The notes beneath the pieces were generated by a model that was not told the DNA's origin, did not search any database, and saw nothing but the letters and a program-made list of their open reading frames with translations. A program made the translations under genes and the position numbers. Shown here in pieces: positions 1 to 13,644 of a stretch of 64,000 nucleotides of DNA. How positions within the stretch are numbered: the first letter of the stretch is position 1; each line of letters starts with the position of its first letter. This stretch comes from Octopus vulgaris (Eukaryota), in assembly GCA_951406725.2 (NCBI GenBank), contig OX597831.1, forward strand, positions 1,240,001 to 1,304,000, written 5' to 3'.

Positions 1-121
1 ATGCAGTAATTAGTTATGTCCCTTTTAATTCTGAGTTCAAATCGTGCTGAGGTGAATTTTCCTATTCATCTTTCCAAAGTTGAAAAAATATAGTGTCAGT
101 AGTAGACTCTAATTCATTTAA

Positions 122-341
122 CCCTTTTGTTACCATATTTCTGTTGAGATGCTCTGTGTTTCTTTCAATTAATTTTAAATATAACAAAGAATTTAATAAA
201 ATAACTTAGTAACCATTAAGCTACTGTTAGGAACATAAATTGTGACTAAGGTTTGGCGAAAGATTTTAATTTAGAGCTTTTGAAAACAAGACATTTGTAC
301 TAGAGCCAGAAGCGGTTTCAGGCAGGCTGGTATCAAAAGGG
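122..341. mobile_element. piggyBac-like non-autonomous MITE, inserted into a SINE
   Basis: TTAA at 118-121 and 342-345. Termini CCCTTTTGTTACCA and revcomp CCCTTTTGATACCA match at 13/14. SINE-A sequence continues on both sides. Confidence 0.85.
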
Positions 342-406
342 TTAATTAACTGCACTTCCTCCAAAATTTGTGAATGTATGTCAATATTAGAAGGGTAGTG
401 GTAGTG

Positions 407-619
407 GGTGGTGAACTGGCAGAATCATTAGCACACTGGGCAAAATGTTCAGTGGCATTTTGTCCATCTTGATATTCTGAGTTCAAATTCTATTGAGGTC
501 AACTTTGCCTTCCATCCTTTCAGGATTGATAAAATAAGTACCAGTTAAGCACCGGGATTGATGTAATCAATGTACCCCTCCCCTCGAAATGACTGGCCTT
601 GTACCAAAATTTGAAACCA
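407..619 (+). mobile_element. SINE family A (tRNA-derived head, Meta-like central domain)
   Basis: Head GGTGAACTGGCAGAATCATTAGC, B-box-like GAGTTCAAATTC, central GCCTTCCATCCTTTCAGGATTGATAAAATAAGTACCAG. More than 15 related copies occur in the window. The Meta-domain assignment is from recall. Confidence 0.8.
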
Positions 620-727
620 GAAGGCAAAGTCAACCTTGGCATAATTTGAACTCAGAATGTGAAGACAGATGAAATGCCACTAAGCATTTTACCCAGTGTG
701 CTAACAGTTCTGCCAGCTTGTCACCTT
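620..727 (-). mobile_element. SINE family A, 5' half, inverted relative to the adjacent copy
   Basis: Reverse complement of the head plus central domain of 407-510. Confidence 0.8.
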
Positions 728-2473
728 TCATTGTTAGAAATCAATATCGATAAAATACATGTCCAATAATGGAGCTGATGTAATCCACATACACTTCTCC
801 ACAAACTTGTGGTCAAAAACCATCATGATCATCATTATTAATATTATCAAATATTTAATAATCAACTGCTTTAATATGAAGAAGTAAATCAATAGCTAGT
901 TAAAGCTTTCATGTTCAGTGATCTCCAGCAACTGATAAAGTCTTCTTGACTTCAATAAGACAGTGATGGAAGATGTGATATCTTGGTTTCTTCTTAAAAT
1001 ATTAAGGCTATATATAAAATGAGTAAGCAACAACTGGGAATTGAAACCAGGTTGTATATATTTTGTTTTACCTGGAAGCTTTGTCTTATATTAATCATGA
1101 TACATGCATACACATACATACATTTAGTGAGTGCATCATGTACACAACTCTGCATTTATAAAGGGTGGTGTGATGCTTCTACTGCAGCAGTAGCTAAGAA
1201 CAAAGCTTTTTCCACCTACTTGCAACCCTCTTATACACAGCTTACTGTCACTAGTTAGCCTCTATAGTGGACCAGGGAGAGAGCAAGTTAGCTTTTTCCC
1301 AACCAGTACACACACACACATAAAGGAATATTAGAGCATTTGTTTAATAGCTGCATACTCTGCAAGGATCAAACAGCCAAGAAAGCTAAAATTGCTGCAT
1401 TCTTTGAAACAAATAGAATAATGTATGTTGTGCCGAAGAGCATAAAACAACACCTCAAGCAAGATTTAAATCACCTCCATATTATTAAATCAGCCAGTTG
1501 TCCCATCACACAAACCTTTGAAAAAAATCTTTATGTTTCCATGCTTCTCTCAGAAAAAAAAAAAAAAATAATAATAAAAGATCAGATTTATTTTAGTGAT
1601 AGGTTATTTCTAGTTAGGTCAGATTCTGAAAAGCTTATTCAAGAGTGATGCCCAATGGCAGTTGAGACATTTAAGAAGCTATTCTACAGACCACATGGTA
1701 ATGATATCAAACCCCTTACTACTGCTGCTGCTGCTTTTGCTCCTCCTCCTACTACTACTACAACCACCACCGCTAACTACAACAACAACACTACTACCTC
1801 ACTACCATTGTGATGGTGATACCTCTAAGACAGACATAACTATACATGGGTTACTCTTCCTGGTTAAACTAATTCCCAGGTACTATTGCCAGTGCTATTT
1901 TACAGTAAAGTAATTAACAGTAGCAAGGGTCAGACATCTTGATTATTGGCATGGTGGGAGAAAGGGGCTAAAAAAAAAAATGCAATTACTTCAACAATAT
2001 ACAACTGTCCAGATTTGCATAAACCATCACCACCCATGCTCGCATGATGTATACAAAGACATAAAAATAGGAGTGAAAAAAAAAATGAAATCACTGATTG
2101 ATTAAATTCAAAACAATTTATGAACAAGAAAGAAAGAAGGAAAGTTATGAAATTAAATTGAAAAATGATTAAATCTGGCTCCTCAACATAGCATAAAATA
2201 AAATCAATGAAATAGTGAAAAAAAATAAAAATGGGTAAATCGATGGTTAAAACATTAAAATTTTTGTCATATTTAAGTGGAGTTCAATACTGGACAGAAT
2301 TCTATACCATCATCATCAACAACAATTAAATTTTTCTATACTGCCAGAAGCTGAGTAGGTTGTTAGGGTGCTGGCTTTTAACAACAAAAGGGTCAATAAA
2401 TTCAATTCTATCATTGCTGTTGTGTGGTATTAGTGGCAGGGATACTTAACTGTCACATGACCAAGTCAGTTTT

Positions 2474-2679
2474 TTTCTTTTAGCTTGTTTTAATCATTGG
2501 ACTGCAGCCATGGTGGAGCACCACCATGAAGAGTTTTCAGTTGAACAAACTGATGCCAGTACTCATTTTTTTTTTAAGCCTGGTACTTATTCTATTGGCC
2601 TCTAATGCTGAATTGCTAGGTCACAGGTGACATAATCAAACCAACACTTGTTGTCAGGTAGTGAGAAGGGAACAAACTT

Positions 2680-2712
<33 letters not shown>

Positions 2713-2865
2713 ATAGGCTTCCACACAGTTTCTGTGTGTCTACCAAATTCAATCACAAGGCATTAGTCAGTCTGAAGCTGTAATAGAAGCCGAAGGTGCC
2801 ACGCAGTAGGACTGAACCTGAAACCATATAATTGCAAAGTGGGCTTCTCAACCACACTGGCATAC
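2474..2865 (-). mobile_element. SINE family B (CORE-like, internal CA repeat)
   Basis: The minus strand reads GGTTTCAGGTTCAGTCCTACTGCGTGGCACC. Related copies lie at ~11715-12055, 15525-15665, 34810-34960, 38690-38920 (+), 39405-39760, 42620-43000 and 43385-43530. The 42.9 kb copy keeps CACCTTGGGCAAGTGTCTT, which resembles the CORE domain. Confidence 0.75.
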
Positions 2866-4242
2866 CTACGCTTATAACACAGCCATGCCTGCAGCTATGA
2901 TACAGCCATGCCTGTTCCAATGTTAACAAGCCATGCCATCTCTCACCTAATATAGCATTTGGTAATCAGATGGTATTTTGTAATGTTCATTTTGTTTAAC
3001 TGTACTTTGTTAATAGGAATACATTTGTGCATCAGGTCAGATACTTTATTGCCTGAATATATGTATTTTGTATATGAATAGACAAGTCCCCTAGCTTCTA
3101 TTTTATTGTGCTAAATAGATTTAAGTATGAGATATTTTATACATATATATCAATACATTGAAATAGATATAGTTTTTTGTCTATTTTTATTAACTTCTCT
3201 GAAACCTTTTACACAAGAAGTATTTTCTTGTTATGAGAAATATTTTTTCAACATTAATATGTCATATGCATTTCACAAGTTGGCCTTGGGATATTTGTTT
3301 ACTGCCAATTTGCAAAATTTGTGTTCCCTTTGTAAAGAGTGTAGCAGAGAAAGAGCATATATATATATATATTACTTAGTTGAGGGAGTGGAAAGAAAAA
3401 AATTAGAGGGTAATAAAAAGAATCACTCTGGAAGAGAGAAAGTAAGAGAAATAGATTGGGAAAATAAAAGGAGTATGAAGAGGTTGAGGTTGTGCTTCTT
3501 TCCAAGAGTCAGTACTGCTACAGTTAATAACTAATAGTCAAAACTTACCATGAGAATAAAGGGAACAAGTGTTTTATTTCTTCCCATTCCATAGAAGTTC
3601 ATATCCTTTCTCCTTCACAAAAATTCAGTTTTAATCCCCAATGGCACCACCTATAAAAATTTAGACTCCACTAATAGCTCATTTACAAAAAGATGGTTTT
3701 CAGAGATCCTTTTTCAACTTCCTAAATATTCTAGAAATGACAAATACAGAACATTTTTTTTTTTTTAACCTCTTAAAGTTATTGCAATGGCAAGATCATT
3801 GTAGAATGGAGAAATTCAAAAGGAAACAACATCAGGATACAGGTGAAGGTAAAAAACAAAGGAAGACCCATCTAGCAGCAAACATAAACTGTACGACTGC
3901 TGCTTGATTAAAAGACTATGAAGAGGGAAAACAAACATCCATCTGACAGCGAATAAAAACTATAGAACTGATACCTGATTAAATCAAAGAGAAGAAAGGA
4001 GGGCTTGTCTAGAAGATGACAGAATGGTAACAATGCTCAAGCTAGCTTTCATAAAACTTTGAAAGAAAAGAATCATGTTGTTAACTTGAATTAAGCTTCC
4101 TTCCAAGAATCAGTACTGCCACTGTCAATAACTTACAGTACAAAGCCAGGACTTTTCAAAGAGAATAACAAGGACAAGTGCACAGCTTTTGCAATCCACA
4201 AAGTGAAATATCAAACCCACTGTTGTACTAACGCTAATGCTG

Positions 4243-4450
4243 ATTTCAAATTTTGGCACAAGGCCAGCAAGTTTGGGGGAGGGGTTAATCGATAACGTCC
4301 ACTCCAGTACTCAGTTGGTACTTAATTTATCGACTCTGAAAGGATGAAAGGCAAAGTCCACCTTGGTAAAATTTGAACTCAGAACATAAAGAAGGATGGG
4401 ATACTGCTAAGCATATTGTCTGTTATGCTAAAGATTCGGCCAGCTTGTAC
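4243..4450 (-). mobile_element. SINE family A
   Basis: GGATGAAAGGCAAAGTCCACCTTGGTAAAATTTGAACTCAGAAC motif in reverse orientation. Confidence 0.8.
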
Positions 4451-6626
4451 TAAAGGTAATATTAAATTCATCCCTCCAGATGGATTCATTTCCTTGACAA
4501 AATCATGATACAACAACCCCATGGCTTCTCTTGGTTATCAGGAAACAACACTATCAGGTTACAGTCAAACTCATTGCATCAAAATGTCACTTATTCCATG
4601 TGAAAATATGTGACTAAAGATTGCACAGATTTTTTTTTTTACAACATATAATGAACTGATGAAAAAAATCCAACAATGAACTTTGATGTGATAGTTAAGT
4701 TGCAAGATACCTTAAATTGAACCAAATCATGTACGAGATATTTCAAGTTTGCTATTGAGATCACCAGAAGAGAAGAGATTAAAGTAGTACTGAAAACAAG
4801 AAGTCAAAATGGTGACCATAAGGTGCAATATTTCATGCCCAACACAAAGTGGTTGCTCTGCTATTCAGTGAAGCAATGGAAAGTCTGGATGTAGTAGTAC
4901 ATAAATACAGAAGCAGCTTGTAATATAAATGGAATACATCAAAGTTATAATGTCCTTCACATCAGGTTTTCAGGTTTCCTTTTGCTAGTGATTTATATGT
5001 TAAGGGTATCAGAAATATTAACCAGATTTCTTCCATACTGTACAACTACTACAGATTGTATGTACACTCTCAAAAAAAATTTCAATGTAATTTTGAGATT
5101 GTGAAAACTTCCAGCAATATGCAATTGATGACTTTATTAAGATAATAAAGCAAAGATTAAAGTGGTATAATTATAACAAAAAAAAAATCAATTTGTGCAG
5201 ACAAATACAAAAGACTTGTGGAAGACTGTGTGTACAAAAGACTGTGTGAAGAGAGTCAATTAAATCAGAGTGAGGAAACAAAATCATATTACCAGAAAGT
5301 TTGTATGAATCACCAAGGTGGTATGCAGAAGCATTTCAAGATTTCAAGAGTATCATCAGATACTATGATAAGCCAGATTTCTTCATTACTTTTATAACAA
5401 ATCCAAATTGGAATAAGATTTAAGCCAACCCTTTTACCAGGTTTAAAACCCAAATGATCAACCAGATAATAGGGTAACATTGTTTCCACAAAATCTGAAA
5501 TAGCTTTTCATGATTTACTTGAAGATGATTACCTGGGAAAAGTAATTGCTTTATATATGTATGAAAGAGGACCTGAAGGGAGGACTGCCATGCTCAAATT
5601 CTTTTTATCTTCACACAAGGAAATAAACCCCATATTGGCTTATATTGATTGATTTGTTTGTGCTGAGATTCCAGATAAAGAAAGGCATTCTTTGTTGTTT
5701 GATGAAGTTAAAAAGAATATGATCCATAGTCTAGTAGAAATACTAGTTTTAATAATCTGTGTATGTCTGGTGAAAGGGTGAAGGAACAGATTATAAATGT
5801 GAAAAAGGATTCTAAAACAATTTTCAAGTCAGACTGTAGACTGAAAATTCCAAGCCTTCTTATAGAAGTGTAACAGAAGAACATAAATGTGCATCTTTCA
5901 TTGTGCAAACCTGCAAAGTTCATTTGTAAGGTCGTATTGTATAACCTTACACTCAAAACAAAGTATGAAGAGCATAAAGGCAGCGAAGAACTTCTACAAG
6001 CGTGTTACCAAAGGATTGGTTCATGTCCTAGTTCAAAAGTCAAGGGGAGAGCAGGCTTTAGGTGAGATTCAAACACATGATATATCAGAATCACAATCAT
6101 TTATGAGAGACTCAATGAAATTTCCCATATAACAATTGATATTCTCCTATACAAAAGCTTCCAGTGCATCTACAGTATGATCAAATTGTTCTTCTTGAAC
6201 ATAATGAAGCAAATGATGTGGTGAACTGCAGGCTAGTGGTGACTACGTTGAGTGGATTCTTTGAACTTAATGTTGCTGCTCTAAAAGCAAATAACATACT
6301 TTATTTAGATATCTTCCAGTATTACAGATGCTTCAATGAAAAGTTTGCAAGAAAATATGAACTAATTATGAGAAAGAGATTTGGGGATGTAGTGGAAAGT
6401 GACAGACTGAATAATATGACTGGCAGGATTCCTGTCATCAATCTGAAACCTCATCAGGTAGAGCTCAACTTCATGAGAATGCTACTATACCATAAACCAA
6501 GACTGTATGACTGCATGACATACCAGCATGGCCGCAGCTCTGAGCTGAAACTAGGAAAAAAAAAAACCAAGACCAACAAGTTTTAAGAACGATAGATGTA
6601 ATAATGTCATCTATAATTATGTAATT

Positions 6627-6950
6627 ATGTCATCTTTTATGTGCCGGTGGCACGTAAAAGCACCATCCGTTTGTGTCCATTGCCAGCCTCGCCTGGCCCC
6701 CGTGCTGGTGGCACGTAAAAGTACCATCCATTCGTGGCCATTTGCCAGCTCCGTCTGGCACCTGTGCAGGTGGCACGTAAAAAGCACCCACTACACTCGC
6801 GGAGTGGTTGGCGTTAGAAAGGGCATCCAGCCGTAGAAACACTGCCAGATCAGACTGGGCCTGATGCAGCCTTCTGGCTTCACAGACCCCAGTTGAACTG
6901 TCCAACCCATGCTAGCATGGAAAACGGACACTAAATGATGATGATGATTA
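6627..6950 (+). mobile_element. 5'-truncated RTE 3'-end copy inserted in the Helitron
   Basis: Matches the 3' UTR of the full RTE (29370-29697): GTGCCGGTGGCAC modules, CACCCACTACACTC..GGGCATCCAGCCGTAGAAAC..CCAACCCATGCTAGCATGG and a (GAT)n tail. Confidence 0.9.
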
Positions 6951-7676
6951 TTAAGAAGCTTGCAAAAAATGGGACTAATGGTGTAATAAGTCATAACATG
7001 ATTGAAGAAAGAGCCAATGTGTCTGTTGGAGAGGCATGTCACTAGGTGTTTGCAACAATCCTTTTATATATATAAGACGATCCAATCCCATAACTGTCTA
7101 GAACTATCACTCCTATACTTTAGGTGAAGACACGACACATTATGTTAAAGTAGAACCAATAGACAGGATTCTTAGCAAAATGCTTTGGGAAACTATGAAA
7201 ATACAATTTAATTATCTGCCCTGATCTTAGCACAGTTGGACCATACCATAGAAGAGTTAGAATATAATACAGAACAGCTAAAACAGATAATGGACACCAG
7301 CATTCCTGTACTGAATACAGAACAGCAACCTGTTTATAAATGCATTATCACATCAGTTAAGGAAGTATGAGGACAATTTATTGACTTGATGTTCTAGAAA
7401 GAAACAACAAAAGCGTCTTGTTCTTAACACTATTTGCCAGAATGCAATATGAAAATAAAATTGCTCTTGCAACAGCAACACCAGAAATTGCTGCAACACC
7501 TAATGGTTAAACTATACATTCTCACTTCAAAGTGCCTTTAAAGATAACTGGGCATTCAAATTGTGATATATCATAAAGGAGCGCAACTGCCAAGCTAATC
7601 AGCCGAACAAGTTTAGTCAGCATAGATGAAGTAACTACAGTTAAAAGAAAGCATTTGAGGTAATGGATCACAAATT

Positions 7677-7874
7677 ATTTTCTACTCTATGCACAAGGCC
7701 TGAAATTTTTGGTGGAGGGGGCCAGTTGATTAGATCAACCCCAGTATGCAACTGGTACTTAATTTATCAACCCCAAAAGGATGAAAGGCAAAGTCGACCT
7801 CAGTAGAATTTGAACTCAGAACATAAAGATAAACGAAATACTGATAAGAATTTCGCCCGGCGTGCTAACATTTC
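7677..7874 (-). mobile_element. SINE family A with 13-bp TSD, inserted in the Helitron helicase
   Basis: TGGATCACAAATT is duplicated at 7664-7676 and 7875-7887. Confidence 0.9.
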
Positions 7875-9580
7875 TGGATCACAAATTTTATGATATCCAT
7901 GAAACTGATAGACATTTTGAGAGAATTATAATGGTGTTTTCTGGTGACTGGTACTAAATTCTTCCAGTTGCACCACATGAAGATCATGCAGAAGTAATGA
8001 ATAAATGCTTCAAGAGCTCTTTGCTTTAGGAAGAACTTCAGATGATGCAACTCACCTTAAATATGGATAGGTAAAAGTTGAGAACACTTTACAAGAGCCA
8101 AACTAGCAAGGTCAATTGAAGATACAAATTTCAGGTAATCTTGTTTCCTGTGCAATTTCAAAGATATTTTGGCAACTATATAGTTTTGCAAACCTCCAGT
8201 AAAACTAAACCCGTGGACAAGATCTGTGAGCATGCAGTTCCTTGTCAAACTAACAACAGCATTACAAAAGTTAATGACATTTTGATAGACAGATTTACAT
8301 ATCAGATAAAAACATATTTAAGCAATGAAACAACATTCAATAGTAATAAGGTAAATCTTTACTCAATTGAAATTTTAAACACAAATTGCTTGAGTGGAAT
8401 GATTTAACACAAATTGTTTTTTAAAGGATGTACTCCCAGTGCACTTCTCCAAAATGTTTATGCAGCTAATGACCATGGCAATGGAACCTGAACAGTTTTG
8501 TTGAGCATTTTAACAAAATAGTTATTTATGCTGTTATTGCTTCTGGTATCCATAAAGGGAAATATTTACATGTTTCCCTTTATGAGCATCAGATTACAGA
8601 AATACAGGTTATCATGTGCTGACATTCCAAATACAAAAGCATTAATTTCTTCTTGAAAGTTCAAAATACAATTCTTTTGAAGGTCAGCATCCACCTCAGA
8701 AAAAATAAATGCTTCTCTCAGAAAATTCAAGTGGATTTAGTTATGGCAAAAACAAAGAATGAACATTACTCTTTTGCAGAGAATATTGATTGGCACTTTT
8801 TTTTTTTTTACTCCTTTTGTTTTTATGCTTTTTTCTTTTCTATACTAGCATGGGTTAGATGATTGTATTATTGAGCTGTTATTTTACAGTTGGATGGCCT
8901 TCCTGTTGTCAATCCCCAACCTGTTTTCAAGTAAGGGAGCTCTTATTGCATACATTTTCAAAGTTGCAAAACCAGTGGACAATTTCTTAACAGGAGAAAT
9001 GACAACAATGTCACAGCTTCTATCTTGGTGATTTTCAAAAGTGTAAATGTTAACAAACACAAACACACAAATGTGCATTCAACACACACACATACACATA
9101 GATGTGCATTTATATACATATATGATGGACTCTTTTCAGTTTCTATCAACTAAATCCCCTCATAAGGCTGTGGTCAACCTCATGCTATAATAGAAGACAC
9201 TTCCAAAGGTACCATACAATGAACCTTAACCACAAAGCCATGCTCATGCTTAAAAGTTGTAACATCACCTGCAGTTGTAACATCACACTGCATCTGCTGT
9301 AAGCTACTACACTAACCTAACATTAAGAATACTGCATAGTAAATATTTGTTCTTGAATAGTTTAGTTCTTATATACTACAATGTTCATACAAAAGTCAGT
9401 GACACTTAAAATGTTTCAAGCCATTTTAATCATGGGGCTGTTGTAGACTGTTCATGCAGCTGAAATCGTTTGAATATCCTATTAAGACATGAAAAAGAAA
9501 TTTCAGTTCATATTTAACTTTTCTGCCCATATGGTGGGTATTAGGCTAGTGTATTGTATGTGTGGGGAGGTCTCTCTCTT

Positions 9581-9616
<36 letters not shown>

Positions 9617-10745
9617 GGGAGAGAGAGGGTAGAGGAGGGAGAGAGAGATGGATAGATAAAGGGATAGATAAACAGACAGATAGAGTTCACTGATGTGCAC
9701 ACAGTGTTATATTTGTTCAATTGAAGATAAAAATTTCAGGTAATCGTGTTTCTTGCTCAAAGCTCAAAGCTTCCAGTAGACAAAGTCCACACAGGAAGAG
9801 AAACCCAACACCACCACCATCACCACTTCCACCACTGTAGCAGCAGCAGCAGCAACAGCAGAAATGTGTTTTCTTAACATTTCCAATAGTAACAGATATG
9901 ACCTATCTATCACATCTTCTCCCACTTCTGCCATTGCCACTTTAGAAAATAATCCCAAGAAAACATGGAATTCCACAGATCTTATTACAAGAATAATATA
10001 GTGGCAACAGCCAGATGGGACGTAGATTACAAACATAATAACAAGCATCAGTATGAAGAAAGTTCATGTCCACTTACAGACACTCATATACATAAACACA
10101 CTTACACATATATACATAAACACTCAAACACTAAGACGTGTAAGTTGAAGTTTAATATGATAACTGATTGAAATCTGTTGGGTGGCTTCTGAGAATCAAA
10201 GAGTTCAACTACATTAAAATCTAATTAAAAATTCAGTACTTTAAATGCTATACATATATCTGGAATGATATCCTCAAAACAAGTATTTAAATATATTCTG
10301 ACCACGGCTAAATGCAAAAATATCTATCCATCTGATATACAGCTTTCACTCAGCTACTGTTACAACCTTTGATCTATTGAGCCAATGACAGAGGGAAGGG
10401 GAGAGAGAGGGAGTGAGAGAGGGGGAGAGAGAGAGAGCTTTTATATGGCCACTTAAGTTGCTACAAATATCAATGTACATATGGATGACAAAAACTGAAG
10501 GCTATTAAGTCTGAGTAAAGCACAGGTTGCTCATAACTGCAATATCTTTGATCAGAGGTTCCCTCAATCAGTACTTAGAGCAAAACAACAATCTTTGACC
10601 TGCTAATGTTCTTTTTCTAATTTCTCTATTACCACTGTTGCAATGGTTCCAACTCATATGAACTTGATGCCTAAAGACTCATTCAGTTCAAATATAATTG
10701 ATGCCTTGAGTTAAAAATTGTTCTTGTTTACCTTTTCTTTCTCTA

Positions 10746-10787
<42 letters not shown>

Positions 10788-10789
<2 letters not shown>

Positions 10790-10999
10790 AGGTTGGCTAA
10801 AAGTCACAAGACAATAAATCAAAACCATTTCATTCCAAGACTTATTTATGTTTACCAACTGAATGAATTTAATAAAAGCATCTAAATATGAAACATCATG
10901 AAAATAGTTCAAACTGAAGTCCTTCTTGAGTGACACATTTTTCGATTTGAGTCAATACAGAATTTTGATTTACTGTTGGGTGACTTTTGGCCAACTCTG
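10788..10999. mobile_element. Tc1/mariner-like MITE
   Basis: TIRs CAAGGTTGGCTAAAAGTCAC and revcomp CAGAGTTGGCCAAAAGTCAC match at 17/20. Flanked by TA/CA microsatellite. Confidence 0.7.
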
Positions 11000-12894
11000 T
11001 GTGTGTATACAAACACACACATATATATACATAGAGAGAGAGAGAGAAGCATAAATTTCACAGATATAACATGATTTAATTACTTTCAACAGCTGTTTCA
11101 TTTAGAATGAGCATAATTAATTCCATAATTAGCTAGTTGAGATACATAATTGATAAACATTAATTTGAATTAAATTAATTTAAAGCAATACTCATCTAAA
11201 ATCATCTGGCGTATTACCAGTTATTGTTCTGATAATGCTACTGAGCTGGGTAGTGGGCTTTGTTGGTTAAAGATAAACTCTAGAAGAACAGCAGCACTGC
11301 AAACCATGTTTATTTGGGATACACACAAAATGATGAAACTACTTGGCATGTTCAGTGTTCAGTATCCAAGCATTGTTGATCTGTGTTGTTTTGTGAAATG
11401 GTTACCGGCTGTCCTCAACACTATGATCAACCAACTGCCTTTCTTTGGCTACAAAAAGCAGGTAGTTTTTCTCTGACGGATGTATATGGCAAGAGAGTGT
11501 GGTAGATGCAAATGAAAAGTCTTTGGACAGATGCTTTCTAAGCTTTTATAAATTTTTCCATGTTCCATGTGCATACTCGGATACATTCATCTTGCTTGGT
11601 TTGATGAAATATATATCAGTAATATACTGCTGTCATTTAAATCCACAAACGCAATTTTGAGAAATTGTTAGAAAGCCTTATTACAAAGAACAGTTGTTTT
11701 TCGTAGTATATTTGCTTGTAGTGGTTGGACAGCAGTCATGCTGGGGCCACTGCCTTGAAGGGTTTTAGTCAAATGAGTTGGCTCAAGTACTTATATATTT
11801 TTAAGCATGGTACTGCTAATTTACAGGAACATAAGCAAACCAACCCCAGTTATCAAATGGTGATGGGGGACAAACACAAAGATACAAACACAGATATAAG
11901 CATACATGTGTAAAGGGCTTCTTTCAGTTTCAGTCAATCAAATCCACTTACAAGGTTTTGGTTGACTCAGAGCTGTAGTAGAAGATACTTTGCCTGGGTG
12001 GCTCGCAATTGACTGAACTTAGAACTATGAAGTTGGGAAGCAAACTTCTTACCACACAAAATATGCTGTTACAGAATTTAGTTATGTCTACACATGTTCC
12101 AAGTAGAAATCTTATCAGACTTATAAGTACCAGTAATACACTGGGTTGATTCAATCAACTCCTGCCCTTCTACTATACAATTGTAGTCTCGTGTCACTGC
12201 GAGAAATCATTATTATTGTCATTAATCATTATTTTTTTTTAAAGAAATCATTTTGTGCAAGAAATCATTCTCAACAGCCTTATAAATTTATTATTATTAT
12301 TATTATTATTACTATTATTATTATTTAATCCTTTTATCTCCTGGAACCAGCAAAATAAACCAAAAACAAATGTCTTCTATGAATAATAAATATTTCAAAC
12401 AAATTTTTTTTCCATCTTTAAAGAAATTTTTACAAAAAATAAAAAAAAAAATTCTTAGTTTGTAATGTTTTCCCCCTTTTGGTTAGTTTTTTTTTTTAAA
12501 TTACATAAATAAATAAATACTTTAAAAAAAAAGACAAAGAAACAAACTACAAAATTCAAATAAAAAAAAAAACCCTTATATGTCGATGCCATTTTAAAAA
12601 ATTTTAATGTTTTTCATGATTAAATAATTATGTTGAAAACAGAAGTTGCTAAAGAGAAAATAACAGCAAAAAAGGAAAAAGAAAGAAAAGAAAGTGAGAA
12701 AGAGAGAAAAAAACAATTCAATTCTTTGAAATTTGCCAGAAGGTTTGGATGCTGGAATAAGATGAGGAAAGAAATAAAGAAATTTAATGAGAAATATCAG
12801 TGAATCTTCCCCTTTGGTTTATATATATGTTTTTATTTTTTATATTTCATGTAAAACAAAAATGTTATTCCAGAGAAAATTTGACATGCTTCTT

Positions 12895-12989
12895 CATTAT
12901 CATCTTCATTATCATTATTGTTGTGATTACTACTACTACTATTATTATTATCATTATTATTATTATCATTGTTGTTATTATTATTATCA

Positions 12990-13021
<32 letters not shown>

Positions 13022-13040
13022 GTTGTTATTATTATTATCA

Positions 13041-13087
<47 letters not shown>

Positions 13088-13106
13088 GTTGTTATTATTA
13101 TTATCA

Positions 13107-13160
<54 letters not shown>
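12895..13160. repeat. Compound (TTA)n/(TCA)/(TTG) trinucleotide microsatellite
   Basis: Read directly. It explains the poly-Y/I/N/L ORFs here. Confidence 0.97.
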
Positions 13161-13644
13161 CAATGAAAGAAATCACTATTATTACAAAAGGATGAAATAC
13201 ATGTCCTTTGTGTCACTTTGTTTTCACTTTTGTTACATATTCAATTGGTGCCCTGACAGTAAATAAAAGAATTATCATTATTATTATTATTGTTATTACC
13301 CTTGTGGTTAATAGAGAAACCACTATTATTATCATTATGATTGGCATAGGCAGAGACAATATAGTGCCAGACTAAAAGCCTTACAGTATTTAGCTTCATG
13401 TTTCTAAGCTCAGAATTTAAAAATACATACAGCTGAGATTGATTTTTGCCTTTCAACTATCCAGTTTTGCTGAAGTAAAAGTACTGCACATGTACTAAGG
13501 TCATTTCAATTAACTGAGTCCCTTCTATTACAAATTTCTAGCCTGCTGGGCTATGTAATGAATTGTTATTATTATTTCTATTTATAATCACATGTGTTTA
13601 TGTAGAGTAATTGTAAGAGTAGTTGAATCATTGTGATCTGTAAC

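Larger units (their letters stand above)
4500..8600 (+). mobile_element. Decayed Helitron RepHel gene (HUH Rep + PIF1-type helicase), many stops and frameshifts
   Basis: Conceptual translation gives ordered Helitron motifs: QQYAIDD..RL (~5111), ILPESLYESPR, KPDFFITFITNPNW (~5370), LLPG, YLGKVIA, VCAEIPD (~5656), KNMIH, KSIK..K..TKG, TTLSGFFELN..LY.DI, GRIPV..FMRMLL.H (ORF 6164). Helicase motifs follow: KIALATAT.IAAT..G.TIHSHFKVP (~7457), SIDEV, SGDW.ILPV, KSSL, LTLNM, EILN..SG, NGT (~8480). Confidence 0.9.

Noticed and set aside
11374-11432. Hairpin GTTGATC.GTGTTG ... CAACAC..GATCAAC
   Set aside because: Only ~13 bp with a bulge and a ~27-nt loop, which is too weak for a pre-miRNA call.
12787-13266. 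Long poly-Tyr/Ile/Asn/Leu ORFs (and the many YI/HT/CV/LS-repeat ORFs elsewhere)
   Set aside because: They are translation artefacts of microsatellites.
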